Shown here in pieces: positions 1 to 7,537 of a stretch of DNA of 12,029 bases. The notes under the pieces are model-generated. The model was not told the origin of the DNA, did not search any database, and saw only the letters and a program-made list of their open reading frames with translations. Location of the stretch: assembly GCA_048941015.1 (NCBI GenBank), contig JBHLNZ010000085.1, forward strand, positions 1 through 12,029, in the 5' to 3' direction. Position 1 is the first letter of the stretch; each line of letters opens with the position of its first letter. The stretch comes from Promethearchaeota archaeon. Its GTDB lineage: Archaea > Asgardarchaeota > Lokiarchaeia > Sigyniarchaeales > SOKP01. The position numbers and the translations under genes were made by a program.

Positions 1-182
1 TCATTCATAAATTTAAAAATATTATCATGCATATCTTCTTGCCAATAAAGAACATCATCAATTCCTTCAAAATCAGTTAATTGTTCAGCGATACTCCGAA
101 TTCTAAAAAAATCAACATCTTTGGTTGCATAACTTACGAATATTAATATTCCAGATTTATCAGATTTACTTTTATTTTGCAT
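1..182 (-). CDS. TIR-domain protein (TIR_2-like), N-terminal 60 aa; runs off the left edge of the window
   Basis: Manual translation from ATG at 182: MQNKSKSDKSGILIFVSYATKDVDFFRIRSIAEQLTDFEGIDDVLYWQEDMHDNIFKFMN. It is open to the edge, and an in-frame TAA two codons upstream fixes the start. IFVSY..KD followed by a helix and V.YW.ED matches TIR betaA-alphaA-betaB. Not in the supplied ORF track. Confidence 0.85.
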   Translation of the reverse strand, partial: MQNKSKSDKSGILIFVSYATKDVDFFRIRSIAEQLTDFEGIDDVLYWQEDMHDNIFKFMN

Positions 183-279
183 GAGTTAAAATGAGCATTA
201 TAAGGGACTTCTTATATTGTTACATTTATGTTAAAATTATATAAAAATGTATTCTTCATAGTACAAAATTATTATTAAA

Positions 280-1092
280 TTATCCAATCTGTATAGATCT
301 CATTGAAACAGAACCATGTTGAAATCCTTCATGAACAAATTTTAAAGAGTCATCTTTTCCTTGTAGGCCAATTGTATAAATCAAGGGGAGATAATGATCC
401 CAGGTTGGAATACCCAATTTCGCAATATCTCCCATTTTTTTGAAATCTATTAATTCTTGATGATTCTTGTTTATCAAATTTTGTTTTACAATTTCATCAA
501 GCTTCTTTGCCCAATCCATTATTGGTGCATTAACTTTATATTCAATAATTCCTAAATTATGGACAATATTTCCGCTTCCGATTATTAAGACTCCCTGGTC
601 GCGAAGGAAGGAAAGGTTTTTTGCTAAGTTATAATGATAATTTATCGGTTTCAAATCCCAGCGATTAAATCCATAATCTAAACTAAGTTCTAGAACGGGT
701 ATATCCGCATTGGGATAAATATGCTTAAGAATTGACCACGATGCATGATCATAACCCCATTCATGATCACACATCACGTTATAAGATTTCAACTCATTAC
801 TTATTAGCATAGCTAATTCTGTTAATCCAGAACTTGGATAATCAATTTCATATAATTCTTTTGGAAAGCCATAAAAATCATATATTAATTTAGGATTCTT
901 GGAACATAATACTCTGGTTCCAGATGTTAACCAATGAGCAGAAATTACTAAAATAGCTTTTGGCTTCGGTAAATTAGTGCCTAATTTTTTTAAATCTTGT
1001 GTAAACTTATTATCAGAAATGATATTCATTGGTGATCCATGCCCTATAAAGAGTACAGGCATTTTTGATCCTTGATCTTCATATTTCTTCAT
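280..1092 (-). CDS. ygiD: 4,5-DOPA extradiol dioxygenase / LigB-family (class III) ring-cleavage dioxygenase
   Basis: Family motifs MPVLFIGHGSPMN, ISAHW, IYDFYGFP.ELY, DHASW, IGSGNIVHNL and PT.DHYLPL are present, with metal-binding His residues. An alternative start is the Met of MPVLF (1062). Confidence 0.93.
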   Translation of the reverse strand: MKKYEDQGSKMPVLFIGHGSPMNIISDNKFTQDLKKLGTNLPKPKAILVISAHWLTSGTRVLCSKNPKLIYDFYGFPKELYEIDYPSSGLTELAMLISNELKSYNVMCDHEWGYDHASWSILKHIYPNADIPVLELSLDYGFNRWDLKPINYHYNLAKNLSFLRDQGVLIIGSGNIVHNLGIIEYKVNAPIMDWAKKLDEIVKQNLINKNHQELIDFKKMGDIAKLGIPTWDHYLPLIYTIGLQGKDDSLKFVHEGFQHGSVSMRSIQIG

Positions 1093-1226
1093 AATTAAAT
1101 GAATTTGATAACTAAATTTTATTTTAATGGTTATAAAATATAGTTAAGTTATTGTATACTATTTATTTTGAAAGTTTCTTTTTATTTGTTTATTGAATTA
1201 ATTATTATTTTAAATAATCTTTAAAT

Positions 1227-1655
1227 ATGAAAAATGAGAGAAGCGATTTTTTAAAAAGAGATTTCGTCCAAGGATTTCCAGCTTATTGTGGGTTTATGGT
1301 TGATTATATTGATCATGGGATAATGCACTCCCGCATTAAGATCCGTCCTGAACTTAAACAACAAGATGGATTTGTTCATGCTGGTGTCTTAGCTACTCTT
1401 GCTGATCATACAGCAGGTTATTCGGCTTATACCATTGTTCCTGAGACTATGCGGATCCTAACTATTGAATTTAAGATTAATTATTTCAAGCCAGCAATTG
1501 GTGAAGAAATTATTTGCAAATCTAAAGTAATTAACCAAGGGAAAAATATTATTATCGCTGAGTCGGAATTATATGATTTAGTTGATAATAAAGAGAGATT
1601 TATCTCTAAAGCATTAATCACTTTGACTGCAGTGCCTTCAAGAGACATACTATAA
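1227..1655 (+). CDS. PaaI-family hotdog-fold thioesterase
   Basis: QQDGFVHAGVLATLADHTAG and TIEFKINYFKPA motifs; 142 aa. Confidence 0.93.
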   Translation: MKNERSDFLKRDFVQGFPAYCGFMVDYIDHGIMHSRIKIRPELKQQDGFVHAGVLATLADHTAGYSAYTIVPETMRILTIEFKINYFKPAIGEEIICKSKVINQGKNIIIAESELYDLVDNKERFISKALITLTAVPSRDIL

Positions 1656-1691
1656 AAAACTAGTAAAAGATAGTTAGAATTTATGTGATAT

Positions 1692-2240
1692 TCATTTATT
1701 TTGAAGACTTTCAATAACCTTTTCATACTTCTCATGAATTAAGGTTTTATCAAAATCCCAAAACTCTTCTAGCATATAGTCTTTTTCATCTTGAGTAAAA
1801 TAGTTCATTATTGGAATAAAAAAGTGCTTATCTTCTTTTTCAATATGCTTTGGATAAAATTCAACTAATTCACTCATCAGATTTATTATTTCATCTACTA
1901 GTTTTACATTACCTTTTACATATTGATTTTTTGCATCTACTAATTTACCAACCGTAGTTCTTGCCCATATATGTTCTTGTATAAGTTCTTCCATTATCTT
2001 ACTATGGTTAGGAGAAAGCTGTTTTTTCTCCAAATCCCTAAACAGGATATCTTCTTCCTTTCCATGATGAGTTTTATCAGCATACATCCTTATAAAATCT
2101 ACAGCAATGTCAATGAATAATGGATTTGCTTTACTATATTTTCTCATTTTTTCAATCTCATTTTTCATGAGGAGTATCATCTTTTCAATTAATCTGTGTT
2201 CTTTCATTAAAGGCCCAATTGGCATCATTTTATTTTTCAT
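1692..2240 (-). CDS. Hemerythrin (HHE cation-binding) domain protein
   Basis: LMKEHRLI, HHGKEEDILF, EHIWAR and HIEKED give the H / HxxxE / H / HxxxE di-iron ligand pattern. Confidence 0.92.
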   Translation of the reverse strand: MKNKMMPIGPLMKEHRLIEKMILLMKNEIEKMRKYSKANPLFIDIAVDFIRMYADKTHHGKEEDILFRDLEKKQLSPNHSKIMEELIQEHIWARTTVGKLVDAKNQYVKGNVKLVDEIINLMSELVEFYPKHIEKEDKHFFIPIMNYFTQDEKDYMLEEFWDFDKTLIHEKYEKVIESLQNK

Positions 2241-2300
2241 CTCATATTTTATTATTTGAAATCTAAGTAATTAAGCTAAAAAATGTAAATAAAACTTAAT

Positions 2301-2314
2301 TCGAACATGTTCGA
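2301..2314. promoter_or_regulatory. Perfect 14-bp palindrome TCGAACATGTTCGA, putative operator upstream of the hemerythrin gene
   Basis: Exact self-complement, relatively GC-rich in an AT-rich spacer, about 60 bp upstream of the hemerythrin start. Confidence 0.4.
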
Positions 2315-2336
2315 CAAGATTGATATTCCACTTAAC

Positions 2337-3140
2337 TTAAAAGATATCACAATTAAGGTATTTTTTCTCTTTTTTTATTCGATCTTGTTTGGCTAGCTCT
2401 TGATTTAATTCTCCAGGTATAAAAATTACTTTATTGGTTTCTACTGCACCTAACGATAATGATACAACTTTTTCTGTGCTCATCCATCTTTCCTCTGGAA
2501 ACCAATTTCTTTGAAAACCCTTCATTGTTGAGGTATCATGAAATTCTGAGTAGGTAAAACCTGGATGGAGTGATTGAATATATATTCCTTTTCCCTTTAC
2601 TTGTTTATTTAATAATTCAGAAAAAATTGAAATTGCGCTTTTAGTAGTGGTGTACATTATTAATGATGGATCTCTTGTAATTGCTGACATTGATGAGGTA
2701 TTAATAATAACGCCTCTCTTTTGTTTTATCATGCTAGGAATAACTGCATGACAAAGCATAACTGTACTTGTAAAGTGTACATTAACCATATCAACGTAAT
2801 GACTTATATCTGTTTGCAAAAAAGTATTCCAAACCCCAAATCCCGCATTGTTAATTAAAATATCTATATTATCTAATTCTGCTATTCTTTTAATTACCAT
2901 TTGATTTTCAGGTACTTTTGACAAGTCAGTAATTAAAAACTCAGCGTTTATAGAGTGTGTTTTGGTCAATTTCTCACTTATATCTTTTAATTTCTCTTTT
3001 CTTCTAGCTATTAAAATTAAGTCAAAACCTTGACTCGCTAATTGTCTGGCAAATTCAGCGCCTATTCCTGAAGAAGCACCTGTTATCAGAGCTACACCTG
3101 GATTATCCCAATTCATAAAATTATTTTCTTTAAACATCAT
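2337..3140 (-). CDS. Classical short-chain dehydrogenase/reductase (SDR)
   Basis: TGASSGIG nucleotide-binding motif, NNAG, catalytic Ser (TSS) and YTTTK. ARR after the second beta strand suggests NADP(H) preference. Confidence 0.94.
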   Translation of the reverse strand: MMFKENNFMNWDNPGVALITGASSGIGAEFARQLASQGFDLILIARRKEKLKDISEKLTKTHSINAEFLITDLSKVPENQMVIKRIAELDNIDILINNAGFGVWNTFLQTDISHYVDMVNVHFTSTVMLCHAVIPSMIKQKRGVIINTSSMSAITRDPSLIMYTTTKSAISIFSELLNKQVKGKGIYIQSLHPGFTYSEFHDTSTMKGFQRNWFPEERWMSTEKVVSLSLGAVETNKVIFIPGELNQELAKQDRIKKEKKYLNCDIF

Positions 3141-3257
3141 TTAACTACTAATATACTTAATATATCGATTTGATTTCTTTATATACTAAAAATATTTTTA
3201 ATCATTTGTCTTATAAATTTTAAATGATTTCTAATTGTAAATTGACCTTTGATTTTG

Positions 3258-3416
3258 ATGAAAAAAATTGATTATATAATAATCGGATATGCTGCCACGC
3301 TTATCTTAGATTTTATTTTTCTAATGATTGTGCATAGATTTGATATTTTATTAATTTCTGGTTCATTAGCTTTAGTTCCACTAATCATAACTTTAATCCA
3401 AAGGAAGAGGGGTTAA
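3258..3416 (+). CDS. Small 52-aa membrane protein (two hydrophobic segments), not in the ORF track
   Basis: ATG 3258 to TAA 3416 gives MKKIDYIIIGYAATLILDFIFLMIVHRFDILLISGSLALVPLIITLIQRKRG. Basic ends flank two hydrophobic stretches, and the stop lies 1 nt before the next start. Confidence 0.65.
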   Translation: MKKIDYIIIGYAATLILDFIFLMIVHRFDILLISGSLALVPLIITLIQRKRG

Positions 3417-3417
3417 T

Positions 3418-3987
3418 TTGGTTGGAATTATTTACTTTTATCTTAATCTTGTGATAAATGTTTATATTTTAGTAGCAGTTTATTATTATTGTATTAAAAC
3501 TTATGGAATTAGAGCGACAATTATCACTAATTTATGCCTTTCATCTTTAGTTTTAATCCTTGTTTTTACAGGGTCTTATTCTGTCGCAGATCTGGGATCA
3601 GATTTTCCTTTTTTCATATTGAAAGTAGGAGAAACAGAATTCTCTGTTACAGATGCAATTACTATATTTTCAGTATTTATTGTTGTCTTTGAGCTTGCGC
3701 GTTTTTCACTCAAAAAGCCAAAAGGTACCAACTTATCTTTTAAAAACATTATAGTTATTTCCATTGTAGTATCTGTTTATGGAATCATTTTTCAACTTCT
3801 TATGGATCCAACCGCAGCAGTTTTGGGAATCTATTACTATCTGAATCCTCCCATAATCAACATTTTTGGATACCCAATATGGTTTATAACCTCATTTGCT
3901 ATATATGGATTGTATGCGTTTATTTTTTTATTAATTGAACGTCATTTTCATATGCAGAAATCATCAATTTCGAAATTAACTACTTAG
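3418..3987 (+). CDS. Multi-pass membrane protein, distantly CruF/DUF422 (carotenoid biosynthesis protein)-like
   Basis: About 5 hydrophobic helices. LLMDP..A..G.YYY.....IFGYP resembles the CruF D..lDP...gyW.W...fGvP signature. TTG start is preceded by purine-rich GGAAGAGGGG. The CDS is solid; the family call is tentative. Confidence 0.6.
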   Translation: MVGIIYFYLNLVINVYILVAVYYYCIKTYGIRATIITNLCLSSLVLILVFTGSYSVADLGSDFPFFILKVGETEFSVTDAITIFSVFIVVFELARFSLKKPKGTNLSFKNIIVISIVVSVYGIIFQLLMDPTAAVLGIYYYLNPPIINIFGYPIWFITSFAIYGLYAFIFLLIERHFHMQKSSISKLTT

Positions 3988-4086
3988 CTAGTTAAACCTA
4001 ACTAATTTAAATAGTAGTCTATACTCTTTTTTCTTTATAATTTGTATTTAATTTCGAAATCTTCAAAAATATTAAAGTGATATTTA

Positions 4087-4584
4087 ATGAGTTCTTCAAA
4101 AGGTTTGTTAATATTTGCTATTTTTTTAGGAATAAGCGGATTAGGACTCGGTGGATATACTTTGTTTTTTGCTCTACCAGTAAATACTCAGTCCAGCATT
4201 CGGAATATATGGTCTGTTTCAAAATCTAGTTCGGTAAATGTAAATAATGTTGATACAAAAGTTCCAGATCTTTATATTATCGCGACTGTTAATCGTGGTG
4301 AATCCTTGCACGTTATATTTAATACAAATGTATTTTTTTATTCTCAGAGTGGAATTGAAATTCTAACCATATATCTAAGTTTGAATGATAAAAAAGTAAC
4401 ATCACCAGTAATAACATTTGGCGCAGAATTTGGTCAGAAAGTATGGGATTCAATAACATTACAGTATTCTAATCTAACAATTTCCCCAGGAGTATATAAC
4501 ATTACTGTAATTTCAGTGGTAACAGATCCAACTCCTGAAGAGTCTTTATATGATATGACACTATTAGCATTTACATGTGCCTAA
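4087..4584 (+). CDS. Hypothetical membrane-anchored protein (N-terminal TM helix + beta-rich extracellular domain)
   Basis: Gly-rich hydrophobic N-terminus (LLIFAIFLGISGLGLGGYTLFF), alternating beta-strand pattern, sequons NLT and NIT. Confidence 0.75.
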   Translation: MSSSKGLLIFAIFLGISGLGLGGYTLFFALPVNTQSSIRNIWSVSKSSSVNVNNVDTKVPDLYIIATVNRGESLHVIFNTNVFFYSQSGIEILTIYLSLNDKKVTSPVITFGAEFGQKVWDSITLQYSNLTISPGVYNITVISVVTDPTPEESLYDMTLLAFTCA

Positions 4585-4596
4585 TTTCATATTATC

Positions 4597-4619
4597 TCTT
4601 TTTTTTTTTATTTTCTTTT
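4597..4619 (+). terminator. Archaeal-type oligo-T terminator
   Basis: T11 run (4599-4609) plus further T tracts shortly after the 4584 stop. Confidence 0.55.
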
Positions 4620-4632
4620 AAAATTATAGAAC

Positions 4633-4654
4633 TTCTTTACAATCTTGTAAAGAA
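4633..4654. promoter_or_regulatory. Inverted repeat TTCTTTACAA-TC-TTGTAAAGAA, putative transcription-factor site
   Basis: Perfect 10-bp arms with a 2-nt spacer, upstream of the 4730 gene. Confidence 0.5.
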
Positions 4655-4729
4655 TAAATACTAAATTATAATCTATTTACTCACCTTTGAAATCTAATTA
4701 AAATTTTTTATCAAAAAGAGGTGAAAGAT

Positions 4730-5056
4730 TTGTTAATAATAACTCAACATTGGTGGCCTCATGGGCAATCAGCAAAAGTTGGAAAAGCATATCTTGAGGT
4801 AATGAAAAAATTTCCTGATGATAAGTCCATTTCTAAACCAATTCTACGCTCTGCTATATGGGCACTTAAAGATGGTATGTATAGTACTACAGTTAGTGCT
4901 ATTCAACCAGGAAAAGTGAAGGAATCTATGGATCTCGCAATGAAACGATTATTGATGGTGGCAGAATCCGTCGATGGATTTAAATATGAGGTTCATATCG
5001 CTTATGATCTCGTGGAAGGAATGCCAATGGTAGGATTAGCAGCTCCTCCAGAATAA
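4730..5056 (+). CDS. Small soluble hypothetical protein (108 aa; possible ferredoxin-like/dimeric alpha-beta barrel fold)
   Basis: The ORF track starts at GTG 4721, but that GTG lies inside a strong SD (GAGGTGA, 4718-4724), which places the true start at TTG 4730. The W.P......VGK.YLEVMKKFP.D pattern resembles an uncharacterised family I recall from Lokiarchaeia. The fold is an inference. Confidence 0.8.
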   Translation: MLIITQHWWPHGQSAKVGKAYLEVMKKFPDDKSISKPILRSAIWALKDGMYSTTVSAIQPGKVKESMDLAMKRLLMVAESVDGFKYEVHIAYDLVEGMPMVGLAAPPE

Positions 5057-5091
5057 TCGTGCTACAATAGCTATTATAAAATAAAATAAAA

Positions 5092-5106
5092 TTTTCCTTT
5101 TTTTTT
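5092..5106 (+). terminator. Oligo-T terminator
   Basis: TTTTCC followed by T9, downstream of the 5056 stop. Confidence 0.5.
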
Positions 5107-5271
5107 AATTAAATAAAATTCTCTTTTAACAAAAAAATAGATTTAAATAATTGATAAAAATTATATTCTTCTTTATATAACTAAAACTCTAGGATCTTTT
5201 CCTAAAGGATTTTTATATAGATGAGAGATATATATAATTATTTATTTGTTATAGATGGGTTGAGAATTTTA

Positions 5272-7329
5272 ATGCTAAAAAAACAAGCTATCCGAATATT
5301 GATAATACTTCTTGGTTTCATTCTAGTATTTAATCCTCTTTTCTATCTTTTTAGTAATGATCATATACCGAGTATAGACCAGAAGAAACCGATACATAAC
5401 ATAAATAGTTCTTTTCAAATAAAAAATCAGACGATTAACACTGATGAGACATGGAGTGGTAATATTCTTGTAACAAGTAGTATTACAGTCTCGAAGGGGG
5501 CAACACTTACCATTTTACCTGGAACAATTGTCAAATTTTCACATTATAGAGGATATAAAAATCCTGAACTGAGGTTAAGTCTTTTTATACTTGGGACTAT
5601 AAAGGCATTAGGAGCAGCAGATCAGCAGATATGGTTTACTTCAGATGCTGAACCGCCGATCAATGGGGATTGGGATGGCATTTATATTAATGGGACGACA
5701 GATTCTATATTTAATTATACTATTGTAGAATATGGGCTAATGGGAATTGTTCAATTTCACTCTGAATCCTTAGTTGCAAATTCTATAGTGAGATGGGTTA
5801 ATACGGAAGGATTATATGCTGAGTACTCAGAAGTGGAGTATGTAAACAATACTTTATATGGAAATGGATACCATGAAATAGCTTTAGAACAGTTTAATAA
5901 TGCTACTGTTGAACGCAATATATTTAAAAATGGAACTGTTGCTTTTCACTCTGAGAACTCTGAAGTTTATTTAAAAGGAAATTACTTCACCAACTATAGT
6001 GGTGACACTGTGTCGATTGCCGCTCACTCTAATGCAACTTTAGAGGAGAACATTTTTGACCCTTCATTGCCTACTCCACAACTAGCAGTAACTCCCAATT
6101 CTAATGTAACTCTAATTAATAATGATAATGGAACAATAACTTTGCCAATTCCAACATTTGATTACTTAGATGTGCAAAATTATACATTGGGTTATATTCC
6201 AGGTGATCCTGAAGATCAATATCCTTATGTCTATAATATAACAGATGAAACTAGAAGAATTGTAAAAAGAATCGGATTAGGATTGAGTTTTGGATGGGCA
6301 TTGGAATATGCTATGGGCTATCTTTGGCGATTTGATTTTTGGAATGATTCGATCGGGAGTGCTGAGAACTTTATAAGATTAAATCCAATTACAGGGGATT
6401 ATATTGAAATCCAAAATGATGTTATTGAAAATGGACGAGGTTTGGCTTGGGATGGGGAATATTTTTTCGGATATGATCATAGTCAGCTCAAAATTTTCAA
6501 GTTTTCGATTTCTGGGAATGCTATACTAGTAAATGATTCATTTGACCTACCAAAGAAGGAAGAAGGCGGTATACAAGGGTTAACATCTGATGGAAATTTT
6601 TTGTATCTTCCAAGTAGGGGAGGAGCTTTAGTGAGGAAGATAAACAAAACAGGGGCAATTATAGAAGAGATTGATGTTCCTGGAGATGGTATTAGTGGGG
6701 GTTTAGTGTGGACAGGTTCACATTTCTGGGGTGTTTCTGGTGGAGGTAATTTGACTAAATATACTCATGATTGGCAGATGGTTGGACAGGCATATCCTGT
6801 TGCTGATGGTACATGGGCAATTGCTTGGGATGGAGAATATATTTGGTCACTCCAGAGAACGTGTGAAAGTTGGGTAGATGCTAAAATGTTTCAAATTGAG
6901 CCACTAATAATAACTGTCACGAATTACACAGTAATAAAAGAAGATAATCCTTATTCCGTAATTGTTAAATCTAATTCATCTGATTTTGGTCTACGATTTA
7001 ATGAATCTCAGAATGAAATTAGCTTCGAAATCTATGGTAGAGATGGGACAACTGGAGATTGTAGCGTTTTAATACCTAAAGCAATTTTACTTAACCCTTA
7101 CGCAGTATCAATTGATGGTGTGCCAATCGAATTCTCTGCGAGTGAATGTGAAGCATATATTTTAATTCATTTTGAATATGATCATAGCGCTCATGAAGTC
7201 AAAATTTTCTTAAAACAAGAATCAATAGAGCCAACTATCGCATGGATTCATATTGTTCCTTTTACTTTGCTATTCATGTTGTATTTGGGTTTTCGGGTAA
7301 ATTATAAAAGCAAAATAGAATTCAAATGA
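5272..7329 (+). CDS. Secreted/surface protein: right-handed parallel beta-helix + beta-propeller + archaeal C-terminal surface domain + TM anchor
   Basis: Likely start is ATG 5272 (MLKK + hydrophobic signal); the track gives 5221. TV.KGATLTILPGT.VKF and I.FTS......GDWDGI are beta-helix motifs. Five G/A-L-x-W/Y-D-G-x-Y/F-like repeats suggest propeller blades. There is a C-terminal hydrophobic helix with a basic tail and many N-x-S/T sequons. Confidence 0.85.
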   Translation: MLKKQAIRILIILLGFILVFNPLFYLFSNDHIPSIDQKKPIHNINSSFQIKNQTINTDETWSGNILVTSSITVSKGATLTILPGTIVKFSHYRGYKNPELRLSLFILGTIKALGAADQQIWFTSDAEPPINGDWDGIYINGTTDSIFNYTIVEYGLMGIVQFHSESLVANSIVRWVNTEGLYAEYSEVEYVNNTLYGNGYHEIALEQFNNATVERNIFKNGTVAFHSENSEVYLKGNYFTNYSGDTVSIAAHSNATLEENIFDPSLPTPQLAVTPNSNVTLINNDNGTITLPIPTFDYLDVQNYTLGYIPGDPEDQYPYVYNITDETRRIVKRIGLGLSFGWALEYAMGYLWRFDFWNDSIGSAENFIRLNPITGDYIEIQNDVIENGRGLAWDGEYFFGYDHSQLKIFKFSISGNAILVNDSFDLPKKEEGGIQGLTSDGNFLYLPSRGGALVRKINKTGAIIEEIDVPGDGISGGLVWTGSHFWGVSGGGNLTKYTHDWQMVGQAYPVADGTWAIAWDGEYIWSLQRTCESWVDAKMFQIEPLIITVTNYTVIKEDNPYSVIVKSNSSDFGLRFNESQNEISFEIYGRDGTTGDCSVLIPKAILLNPYAVSIDGVPIEFSASECEAYILIHFEYDHSAHEVKIFLKQESIEPTIAWIHIVPFTLLFMLYLGFRVNYKSKIEFK

Positions 7330-7537
7330 TTTAGCCATTGTTTCAAGCTTCTCCTAAACTATTATTTTATAATAAAAATTGTTTTTTTAATTAGTTTGTA
7401 AATCTTTACATTAAAAGCACATATATACAAAAAATAAGTTACTAGAAATTCAATCATTTAGTTCTCCCAATTTTTTTCTTTTAAATCTAAAAAGCTATTA
7501 ACATTCATACATTATTATTGTGTGAGATGAAATTTTG

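Noticed and set aside
199-216. Short inverted repeats (TATAAG-N6-CTTATA; also TAGGA-N5-TCCTA near 5190 and TTTTGT-A-ACAAAA near 8310)
   Set aside because: Arms of 5-6 bp are expected by chance in DNA this AT-rich.
1481-1735. 84-aa minus-strand ORF
   Set aside because: Antisense shadow of the PaaI gene, also overlapping hemerythrin; no motifs.
2301-2314. LexA (Cheo) box or p53-like half-site
   Set aside because: The spacer between CGAAC and GTTCG is 2 nt rather than 4. The RRRCWWGYYY match is a short coincidence with no cognate factor expected.
3576-3764. 62-aa minus-strand ORF
   Set aside because: Fully antisense within the membrane protein gene.
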